A stretch of 64,000 nt of DNA, taken from assembly GCA_043826505.1 (NCBI GenBank), contig JBDRQC010000004.1, positions 721,428 through 785,427 on the forward strand, given 5' to 3'. A program made the position numbers and the translations under genes. This DNA comes from Chrysiogenia bacterium. GTDB lineage: Bacteria; Acidobacteriota; Aminicenantia; UBA2199. Shown piece after piece: positions 17,801 to 24,614 of the stretch (position 1 is its first letter; every line of letters begins with the position of its first letter). A model generated the notes under the pieces. It did not search any database, was not told the origin of the DNA, and worked only from the letters and a program-made list of their open reading frames with translations.

Positions 17801-20585
17801 TGAAGCACTTCAGCATCTCACCGTTGCGCAGAGTGGGTTGGTTGGATTCGATCCTCAGCCGGTCGGTTCCCTCGGAGTAGCCGCCGCCCCAGGAAAAGAA
17901 ACTGGCCGAGGTCGAAACCACGCGGCCGTTCACATCGGGGGTATCGCAGCGCAGAATATAATGGCCCGCTTCAGGAACGCGGAAAGCGCGGGTTTTGGTC
18001 TTTTCAATGAAAACATCGTCGGGACCGGATACTTTTTTTTGCAGGCGCCGGGATTTTTCATAATATTGCCTGTAGAGCGTGACGCGGACCTCACCGGAAA
18101 CGGGCTTTCCCTGGAAATCGACCAGGGCCAGCTTGGCGTTGACTTGTTCTTTCAGGTTCTGGTAATAGCCGATATGAATGCCGGTCAAAAGTTTTCCCGG
18201 AAAAAACAGCGATTGGGCACGGGCGGTGAATTCCTTGCCTTCAGCCGATTTCCCCGTTGCAGAAAAGCCGAGTTTGGCCAGGAAATTGGTTTTTTTTAAT
18301 TTGCTCATGGGGATGGCAAGCGTATGTTTGCCTCTCGCATCAAACTTGTCCCCCCCTTTCTGCGGCGGGTCGCTTTTTGCCAGGTCGCGGTCGAGGCCGA
18401 AACTGAACCGCTCCAGCCCATTGGCCGTGAACACTTTGGAATCGTTCGGCGCCAGTCCAAGCATATAATCGAAAGCATCACCAGCCATCGGATTGCCTGC
18501 CAGGTAGGAGCCGCTGACCAGCGGGCGGAACGTGTCTTCCGGCAGATAACGCTCCGCCACGCCGGAGATCTTCAATTCGAAGGTGTTAGGCTGGTAGTAA
18601 TCGATGGTCACGCCGTGCTGGGCTTGCCAGGTTTGCATGCCCGCGACCTTGACCAGGATCTGGTAATGCCCTTTCTTGCCGGCCGGGTCCGAATTGTAAT
18701 CATAATGAAATCCCCCCAGGGGATCGAGCTGCAGCGTATCAGTTTTGATCCGTTGCCAGTCCGGCCCCCTGATCTCCAGGGAAACCGATGTCGCTTTCGG
18801 CGAGGAGACCTTTCCAGAGGCATATTCCTTGACGATGCCGCCGATATGGACCGTATCGCCGGGCTTGTAGAAATCCCGCTCGCTGAACAAGGTGATCCTG
18901 ACCTCGCGGTCGGATGGGGGGCGGCGGTCTATTTTGGCCAGCGCCATGTCGCCGGCGTCGGTATTTTTAGCCGTAATCAGGTCGGTTTTCTGGATCTCCC
19001 TGGAGCTGAGCAGCACGCCTTCAGCAGAGGATTCCCCGAGCGGCTGTGCTTCCTGGCCATATCCTTTGAGAAAGAACGGTATCTTGCCCAACCCTTTGCC
19101 GCTGCGGTTGTCGTACAGCCAATACAGGGTCTGTCCCTGGCCGGCCTTGACCACCATATCCATGTTGCGGCGGTGAAAGACCTGCAATTCGTCGGGACGC
19201 GCCATGGGCAGGCGCATCAGGGCGATGTCGCGGCAGGAGTTGTAAGGCTCATAGCGCTGGACAAGGAATGCAAAGAAGCCCAGGGGCGAGCCCAGTTCAT
19301 TGCCCTTCAGTGCGGGGTTGTTAGATTTTTCCGGCAGGTCGGTCAGCTTTTGCAGGATCTCTTTCTCGACGAATTCAGCCTTGAAATCCCTGCGCTGCAG
19401 CATGCCGAAATCCCGGTTCGTTAACTGGGTATAGAATTCGGGCTTGAGCTTGAGCAGGCGGACACTGGCTTGCTTCATGCTTTTGGCGGTCATGGCCAGT
19501 TTTTTATTCTGCATGGAAAAATCGAGGCGCGGCGAGCGGCTGGAGCAGACCGCGGCTTCGATTTCCAGGCCCTCGGGCAGCCGCTCATTGTAGATGTTGG
19601 TCAACTTCCGATCGATGCGGATGCTCAGGCGGTCGTCCGAAGCCAGCTCGTCGTCAACGCGGATGAACAAGGTATGGTTCTCGTAATGACGGGACTGGAG
19701 GCGGAACGTCAATGGGATTTTATCCTGGCCAACTGATTTAAATATCTTGATGAGGGCGGGATCCGCTTCAGCCAGCCTATTGGCAAAAGGCAGTTGGCAA
19801 TAAGGCGAGTCGGGATAGAGGACCAGGGGCCGTGTTCCTGTGTAGTTGAAATCCGGCACGGTGTCAAAGCTGAAAGTGAATTCCTTGCCGGTCCCCGTGC
19901 TCCCTTCGCTGCCGCAAAAACCTCTTTTAATGATAAATTGATAAAGCATCCCCCGTTCCAGGTCCCTAGCGTAGCTTATCTTGAGCTCCTCTGCTGTTTG
20001 TTGGGAAACCTGGATCGTGACCTGCTTGCCGCTCTTGGCCTCTTTCAGGATGAAGAACTCCTTGGCGCTGCCTGCTGCCACTTCCTGATTGAAGCGCAGG
20101 GTGAAGGCGTCTTTCACCCAAACCTGAAAGTTCAATTTTTCTCCGGCATTTAAATCGGAAAAATAACTCCGGGCCGCTGGCTTGATCTCAACAGGAAATG
20201 CTTGCGGTGTGCTCCATTGCCAGCGCAAGGTCCGCGGCAGGAACTTTCCCGAAAGAGACCGCGTCCCGGCCGGAATTACGGCGGTATAAGTGGTGGAATA
20301 ACGAAAACGGGTCTCGGGCTTGAAGGCCAGGGTGCGGTTGCCGCGCCAGGTGAACTCACCCTTGATTGACGGCGTGATCTGCACGATGGCGCTGCCTGCT
20401 CTTTTTCCCCCCAAAGGCAGCATGTCGTCGGAAAACGTGACGACCAGTTCCTTGTCAGCAAGGTTTTGCAGGTTTCCCGACAGGTTGTATATAACTTTTA
20501 ATTCATCCTTATTCGGGTTCCCGGCCAGTGCCGTGGCCAAAAACACGGTCATGGTGATCGTCAATATTGCAAGTATGGTTTTCAT
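14847..20585 (-). CDS. Large secreted alpha-2-macroglobulin-family protease-trapping protein with a thioester
   Basis: 1912 aa. Signal peptide, repeated MG-type beta-sandwich regions, A2M segment RVRSDFREVLFFKNIETDARGNAEIEF, thioester motif YPYECMEQ and a C-terminal receptor-binding-like domain. AAAGGAGG RBS. Confidence 0.85.
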   Translation of the reverse strand: MKTILAILTITMTVFLATALAGNPNKDELKVIYNLSGNLQNLADKELVVTFSDDMLPLGGKRAGSAIVQITPSIKGEFTWRGNRTLAFKPETRFRYSTTYTAVIPAGTRSLSGKFLPRTLRWQWSTPQAFPVEIKPAARSYFSDLNAGEKLNFQVWVKDAFTLRFNQEVAAGSAKEFFILKEAKSGKQVTIQVSQQTAEELKISYARDLERGMLYQFIIKRGFCGSEGSTGTGKEFTFSFDTVPDFNYTGTRPLVLYPDSPYCQLPFANRLAEADPALIKIFKSVGQDKIPLTFRLQSRHYENHTLFIRVDDELASDDRLSIRIDRKLTNIYNERLPEGLEIEAAVCSSRSPRLDFSMQNKKLAMTAKSMKQASVRLLKLKPEFYTQLTNRDFGMLQRRDFKAEFVEKEILQKLTDLPEKSNNPALKGNELGSPLGFFAFLVQRYEPYNSCRDIALMRLPMARPDELQVFHRRNMDMVVKAGQGQTLYWLYDNRSGKGLGKIPFFLKGYGQEAQPLGESSAEGVLLSSREIQKTDLITAKNTDAGDMALAKIDRRPPSDREVRITLFSERDFYKPGDTVHIGGIVKEYASGKVSSPKATSVSLEIRGPDWQRIKTDTLQLDPLGGFHYDYNSDPAGKKGHYQILVKVAGMQTWQAQHGVTIDYYQPNTFELKISGVAERYLPEDTFRPLVSGSYLAGNPMAGDAFDYMLGLAPNDSKVFTANGLERFSFGLDRDLAKSDPPQKGGDKFDARGKHTLAIPMSKLKKTNFLAKLGFSATGKSAEGKEFTARAQSLFFPGKLLTGIHIGYYQNLKEQVNAKLALVDFQGKPVSGEVRVTLYRQYYEKSRRLQKKVSGPDDVFIEKTKTRAFRVPEAGHYILRCDTPDVNGRVVSTSASFFSWGGGYSEGTDRLRIESNQPTLRNGEMLKCFIHSTREGQALVTVERGKVLDSRVIELQKMTPLEIPVKKEFFPGFRVSVVAMYENNVSEEASREFMVEDSRKTLDIGLECPAEIKPAGKTTLKIRVRNAEKTGVKAKLFVYAVDEGNLSLQGYRTPDPIRLFYHSSLSRRNAIQTYYSKNYMHWTFERPMMDIDLKEPAIFGCIFRPDATPLAGASVTLEDEKHNKLKTTTTSAQGYYSFPGLPGGRYAIKAEAKGFHPFLKSDIYFNGNYHRPCDLALIPVSADKYWNSADEFGVEGGVAGRAMPAPMAAEMKSMSRQKGEKDAEGGVIGGVLGGVPVDIAGIRVRSDFREVLFFKNIETDARGNAEIEFESSDQLSTFRIMAVAYGEDSFGSAAKKIMVSKDLLISEAMPEFARRGDEFLAGVQLSNRTTQKLPVTLLAKPEGISINGNPQIARALDARGNSLFQFPFLADRLGEAKIDFYAVSRADKDGLQKKLPVTDRLVMETLIDFASGKFLKKMIEPQAEAENQVITIKAAPSLLRPAVNIAKKLVFYPYECMEQRASKVMPFLAFSPQLAERLELGLDQGQVLEAVNGYLKIIPEFMNSQGALSYYRGGQYTSDYLTAYVLWSLHLARERDYMVDPQLVQKLSAYLRRASLDKTCESFYQFVLSLSRSADSKKLKKLAAERDTLPLPARVFLYRALNNQGKAADLLAAMLAEFNSSLQVEADFAYFDAGEFAYHRDFPFYSSRFATALLLQAVLEVEAGHVLAERIIRWLLEAEPYCWNTTQTNFWVMCAMDQYLAKVEKTTARKAEIVFLGEKTAKEFTDYQDMLSVSKKLSGRKEMVEVSVKADQSVYVTSELTYQLARAKKKSRGIDIQRLVYNETGQAVDQFKRGQVYQVELLLRTDKEVPYGVIDEPLAAGFELLRQDIGSTRSLKEFNTANQVKYRTPWMRRENAADRLVFYTYSMLGNLRIVYYIKAMYSGRFTWMPAIAQGMYHPQYFGRNEMKTVAVSD
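16212..16223 (-). other. Thioester motif C-M-E-Q of the A2M protein
   Basis: The reverse complement of ctgctccatgca is TGC ATG GAG CAG. It is in frame with the ORF (16212-14847 is divisible by 3). Confidence 0.8.
16861..17300 (-). other. Atypical bait-position insert in the A2M ORF: CarboxypepD_reg-like beta-sandwich (~17050-17300) plus a Gly/Ala/Met low-complexity tract (~16861-17049)
   Basis: GASVTLEDEKHNKLKTTTTSAQGYYSFPGLPGGRYAIKAEAKGF is followed by EGGVAGRAMPAPMAAEMKSMSRQKGEKDAEGGVIGGVLGGVPV. Both lie immediately upstream of the conserved A2M segment. Confidence 0.55.
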
Positions 20586-20587
20586 TT

Positions 20588-20692
20588 CCGCCTCCTTTAT
20601 CTACCTTCAAAACGGATTAGACGGCTCCTGGGCGGGAATTGACTCGGATCTCTTTGCCGGCCATTTCCCAGGCCGGATTATGAGGGAGGCGG
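20588..20692 (-). promoter_or_regulatory. Possible RBS-sequestering long-range stem in the A2M leader
   Basis: On the minus-strand RNA, CCGCCUCC (plus coordinates 20685-20692) is a perfect complement of the RBS segment GGAGGCGG (20588-20595), which lies 2 nt before the ATG. The enclosed region contains the hairpin CCGGCC-N8-GGCCGG (20657-20676). Confidence 0.3.
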
Positions 20693-20732
20693 TTTTTTTT
20701 TACAACCCTTGCGGCTGGTCTGGAAAGATGTT

Positions 20733-21341
20733 TCAGCCGATGTCGGCGTACTGATAAAAATTGGAAGCGATCACTTTTTCGTGGTAATGGGTATTGGTGT
20801 ACTTGTAGCCGTTGTTGTAGAGGATCAGGGCCTTGATCATGTCCCCCTTTGTTTCCTGCAGGTAGCCTTTGAGGATGGTGAGCCCGAGCTCGATGTTGTA
20901 ATCGATTTGGGTGAGCTTTTTGCGGTCAATGTTCAGCTCGTTCTTCCAGACCGGGTAATTCACCTGCATCAAGCCGTAGGCGCCCGCTCTGGATACGGCA
21001 TGACGGTTGAAGCTGCTTTCCACGAAGATAATTGCCGTGACCAGGTAGGGATCGAAACCGTGTTTCCGGCTCAGGGTAAAAACCGAATTGGTGATTTTTG
21101 TCAATCCGGGTTTCTGCAGGCGGAAAATATTTTCCTGGAAGCGGTAGAAATCAGTGTTGGCCATGGCTTCACTGTGGGCTTCTAGCTTAAAATTGAGTTT
21201 ATCGACAGTTGTTTGCAGTGACAGGATGGTTTTCTGGTTTTCGGCCTGCCTGGCCGCCAGAACCACAGCGTATCTCAGGGAAAGCCCTGACAAAACCATA
21301 AAAAACAACAAAATTCCATGTTTTTTTAAAGGGGGATTCAT
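20733..21341 (-). CDS. Lytic transglycosylase (SLT domain), membrane-anchored
   Basis: 202 aa. N-terminal hydrophobic anchor. SLT catalytic region AIIFVESSFNRHAVSRAGAYGLMQV. Confidence 0.8.
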   Translation of the reverse strand: MNPPLKKHGILLFFMVLSGLSLRYAVVLAARQAENQKTILSLQTTVDKLNFKLEAHSEAMANTDFYRFQENIFRLQKPGLTKITNSVFTLSRKHGFDPYLVTAIIFVESSFNRHAVSRAGAYGLMQVNYPVWKNELNIDRKKLTQIDYNIELGLTILKGYLQETKGDMIKALILYNNGYKYTNTHYHEKVIASNFYQYADIG

Positions 21342-21449
21342 TTTTTTCCTCGGATTCTATTGAATTGAAAAAATTATAGCACTTTTCATGGAAACTGTCA
21401 AGAGTTCCATGTCAGCGGCCGTTGCTTGCGGTTTAAAAAAAGCTGAAAG

Positions 21450-21710
21450 TTATTCTTGTTCTGAATTGTTGCGTTTGATCTTTATATCGTTCAGGCCTCT
21501 GAATTGCAGGGAAAGGGGGCAGGAGCCGGTGAAGGCGCTGAGCAGGGTGATGATGCCCAGCAGTCCGATCCAGTTTTTATAATAGATCCCGGCGCCGATG
21601 ACGCAGAGCGAAATGATGACGCGGATCCACTTGGCCGTCTGGTTGGTGTTGCATTTGGGTGTTTTGCTCATGGGCATATTATAGCGCATGTCGGCTGGTT
21701 TTTCAATCAC
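21450..21710 (-). CDS. DUF2892 (YgaP-like) small membrane protein
   Basis: IRVIISLCVIGAGIY...LLGIITLLSAFTGSCPLS fits DUF2892. The ORF-track start is a GTG overlapping the upstream stop. Internal ATGs at 21689, 21677 and 21671 are alternatives. Confidence 0.6.
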   Translation of the reverse strand: MIEKPADMRYNMPMSKTPKCNTNQTAKWIRVIISLCVIGAGIYYKNWIGLLGIITLLSAFTGSCPLSLQFRGLNDIKIKRNNSEQE

Positions 21711-22474
21711 TGCGTATGGTGCGGAGCGGATCGCTTCAGGTCGATGGCCTTGAAGTACTTCATGGCGGTTCCCCAGGAAGATACCGAGGCGATGACTAAG
21801 CCGGCAAAACCATCAAGAAATCCCAATCTCCAGAAATAATGCCTGAAAAAAGTCACCGGTGGCAGGACCAGCAGGCGCAGGACCAGGCATTTCTTTTTTT
21901 GGCTGATGATCTCCTCGGACAGAAATGAGGAATAACGTTCCAAGCGGCGTATGTGGTCACCGATATCACGGTAAGTGAAGTGCAAGATTTCGCCTGGTAA
22001 AGAGGCGACAACACCGGTCACCTTCAACCTTTCATGGATCCTCCCCTTCCAAGTCGCGGCATTTTTTTTGAAAAGCCTGATCTTGCGATCGGGGTACCAG
22101 CCCGAATGGCGGATCCAGCGCCCCAGATAGTAAGTTTTTCTCTTGATGGCGTAGGCGGACGCTTTTAGCGGAAAATTACTTTCTTTCAAATCGCTGATCG
22201 AGCGTTTCAGTTCGGGAGAAACCCTCTCGTCTGCGTCCAGGTTTAGTATCCACTCATGACTGGCTTTTTGCATGGCGATATTTTTCTGCTGGCCGTAATC
22301 TTCAAAGCGATTTTGATAGAAAGTCGCCCGGGCCTGCCTGGCGATTTCAGGGGTACGGTCGGTTGAATAAGAATCGACCACGATTATCTCATCGACTACG
22401 CCCTGCAAACTGTCCAGAGCGTCGGGCAGACGATCTTCCTCGTTGTATGTAATGATAACCGCTGAGATCTTCAT
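21707..22474 (-). CDS. Family 2 glycosyltransferase (KdtX/WaaE-like)
   Basis: MKISAVIITYNEEDRLPDALDSL and a DADE motif. I preferred the ATG at 22474, which has an AGGCGG upstream, over 22489. Confidence 0.75.
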   Translation of the reverse strand: MKISAVIITYNEEDRLPDALDSLQGVVDEIIVVDSYSTDRTPEIARQARATFYQNRFEDYGQQKNIAMQKASHEWILNLDADERVSPELKRSISDLKESNFPLKASAYAIKRKTYYLGRWIRHSGWYPDRKIRLFKKNAATWKGRIHERLKVTGVVASLPGEILHFTYRDIGDHIRRLERYSSFLSEEIISQKKKCLVLRLLVLPPVTFFRHYFWRLGFLDGFAGLVIASVSSWGTAMKYFKAIDLKRSAPHHTQ

Positions 22475-22570
22475 GCCGCCTGGTTCCATGAGAGAAAATT
22501 ACCTGAATTCGGGCCGGTTGTCAATGAAAGCCGGGCCGCTTCCGCCGTGATTCGCTTGGCGGGCTGCCTC

Positions 22571-24091
22571 TCAATGCCGGAAATGGCGGATGCCTGTAAA
22601 AAGCAGGGTGACGCCGAGTTTCTGTGCGGCCAGGATCACGTCGGGGTCCTTGATCGATCCGCCGGGCTCGACCAGGATGGCGATATTGTGTTTGGCTGCC
22701 AGTTCGACCGAATCGGGAAAAGGGAAAAACGCGTCGGAAAGGAGCACCGCTCCGGCCGGAGAGGATTGACATTTGCGGATGGCCAGTTCCACCGCATCGA
22801 TGCGGCTGGCCTGGCCGGCGCCCACGCCGATCAAGGTGAGATCCTTGACAATGATTATGCCGTTTGATTTGACGTATTTGATGATTTTCCAGCCGAAGCC
22901 CACGTCACCCTTTTCATTTTTGCTCAAAGGCTTTCCGGATTGCAAAGTGAAGGATTTCGCGTCAACTGCCTGGTTGTCTCGGTCTTGATAGACGAAACCT
23001 CCGGGGATGGTCTTGAAATCCGCATTTTCCATGTAGCCGGCCGGCATGCGGATCAGGCGCAGGTTTTTTTTCTTGTGCAGGATCTGCAAGGCGTCATCCG
23101 CATAGTCAGGAGCGAGAACGACCTCAAAAAAAATCTCACTCATGGCTGCGGCGGTTTTGGCTTCGAGGCGGTGATTGAAACCCACGATGCCGCCGAAAGC
23201 AGAACGCGGATCGCCGTGGAAAGCGTTTTGAAATGCGGGCAGCTGGCCGGCGGCCAGGGCGGCACCGCAAGGATTCTGATGTTTGACGATGGCCGCGAAA
23301 TGTTTTTTTTCCTGGAATTCGTTCAGCAGCTCATACATCATGGCCAGGTCCAGGATGTTGTTGAAAGACAAAGCTTTGCCCTGCAGCTGGTTGATGGCGC
23401 CAAAGGGCGAACGGCGGTCACGGATGGCCATGAAAGCCGCCTGGTGGGGATTCTCGCCGTAGCGCAGCGTCTGCGTCCTGCGGCCGCCGATGTTTAAAAA
23501 ATCGGGGGGAGATATCTCGCCGGAATGCAGGTAGGCCGCGATCAACGAGTCATAAAACGAGGTATAGGCGAAGGCCTTTTGCGCCAATTTTTTTCTCGAT
23601 TCCATTGAGATGTCACTGTTGCTCTCAATCGCGGCGATGACCGGTGCGTAATCCTTTTCATCAATGAGCACGATGGTATCACGAAAATTTTTGGCGGCAG
23701 CGCGGACCAGGGCCGGGCCGCCAATATCAATGTTTTCCAGCATGGCATCCAAATCAGCGGCTTTTTTTTCGAGGGCGTCCTCAAAGGGGTAAAAGTTGAT
23801 GATCACCAGGTCGATCTTGGCCGTGCGGAATTCCTGTAACTGCCGCAAATGATCATTTGTTCTTTTGGCCAGGACCGGACCGAAAATCAGCGGATGCAGG
23901 GTTTTTACCCGGCCGTCAAGAATTTCCGGGAAATTGGTGATCTGGGAAACCTCGGTCACCGGGATGTTCCATTTCTTAAGGTAAGCAGCGGTTCCGCCGG
24001 TGGAAATGATTTCCCACCCGGCTTTAAGCAAAGCCGCGGCGATTGTATCGATATTTTCCTTATGGTAAACGCTGATCAATGCCCGTTTCAT
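22571..24091 (-). CDS. purH: Bifunctional AICAR transformylase / IMP cyclohydrolase
   Basis: MKRALISVYHKENI...STGGTA...VKTLHP and a C-terminal AICARFT domain. Start set at the conserved MKRALISV (24091). The 36-codon upstream extension in the ORF track is not PurH-like. Confidence 0.9.
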   Translation of the reverse strand: MKRALISVYHKENIDTIAAALLKAGWEIISTGGTAAYLKKWNIPVTEVSQITNFPEILDGRVKTLHPLIFGPVLAKRTNDHLRQLQEFRTAKIDLVIINFYPFEDALEKKAADLDAMLENIDIGGPALVRAAAKNFRDTIVLIDEKDYAPVIAAIESNSDISMESRKKLAQKAFAYTSFYDSLIAAYLHSGEISPPDFLNIGGRRTQTLRYGENPHQAAFMAIRDRRSPFGAINQLQGKALSFNNILDLAMMYELLNEFQEKKHFAAIVKHQNPCGAALAAGQLPAFQNAFHGDPRSAFGGIVGFNHRLEAKTAAAMSEIFFEVVLAPDYADDALQILHKKKNLRLIRMPAGYMENADFKTIPGGFVYQDRDNQAVDAKSFTLQSGKPLSKNEKGDVGFGWKIIKYVKSNGIIIVKDLTLIGVGAGQASRIDAVELAIRKCQSSPAGAVLLSDAFFPFPDSVELAAKHNIAILVEPGGSIKDPDVILAAQKLGVTLLFTGIRHFRH

Positions 24092-24239
24092 TGTGCACCC
24101 CCGGAATTTTTCATTATATCTATAATAACTGCCGAAAGCAAAGTTCCACGGCAGCGAGATCTCAATTGGGGGACCGTGTCCCCTTTGGATGGATTTCACA
24201 AACTCCCGTTTTTGTGCTACAATAAGACCTCTCAGGTTC

Positions 24240-24314
24240 CGGGGTGTAGCGCAGCCTGGCTAGCGCGTTCCGTTCGGGTCGGAAAGGCCGGAGGTTCAAA
24301 TCCTCTCACCCCGA
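24240..24314 (+). tRNA. tRNA-Pro (anticodon CGG)
   Basis: Hand-folded cloverleaf. Acceptor CGGGGTG/CACCCCG, anticodon stem TTCCG/CGGAA, loop TTCGGGT, T-loop TTCAAAT. No encoded CCA. Confidence 0.9.
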
Positions 24315-24468
24315 TTTTTCCCCTCCGTTCAACCCTCCGCTTCCCATCAATAAAAAAAACCGCGGGAGCCATTTTTCCCAGTTTGCATGACCTTGGCAAG
24401 TGAAGTTTTACCTGAGATGATCAAAAAAACATATTTATTCCTGAATTACTAACCTAAAAATGATAATA

Positions 24469-24513
24469 TTTTACCTATCATTCGTGTACTCTCAATCTTG
24501 ATGGGGAATTCTG
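24469..24513 (+). promoter_or_regulatory. Conserved 45-nt upstream element, copy A (upstream of the GGDEF sensor gene)
   Basis: TTTTACCTATCATTCGTGTACTCTCAATCTTGATGGGGAATTCTG matches copy B at 28647-28691 at 35 of 45 positions in an ungapped alignment. Confidence 0.5.
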
Positions 24514-24614
24514 GGCACTGCTGTGAAATTTATTGATAATTAAAATCACATAATATACTATACAATTTCAAATATTAAAATGAATCCAGTATTGAAGAGA
24601 ACGGGGATTATTCA

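Noticed and set aside
24092-24239. Possible ZTP (pfl) riboswitch in the purH leader. The minus-strand leader has two hairpins, GGGGAC-ACG-GUCCCC and CUGCCG-N14-CGGCAG.
   Set aside because: I could not find the conserved pfl elements as I remember them (GGGUCGUGACUGGCG-type 5' subdomain and CCGCCUGGGC 3' subdomain). The hairpins alone are not diagnostic. An Rfam covariance scan would settle it.
24315-24360. att-like direct repeat of the tRNA-Pro 3' end that would mark an integrated island.
   Set aside because: I found no copy of the tRNA-Pro 3' segment (GGTTCAAATCCTCTCACCCCGA) near the 35.2-kb boundary, and no integrase. The island idea therefore rests on composition only.
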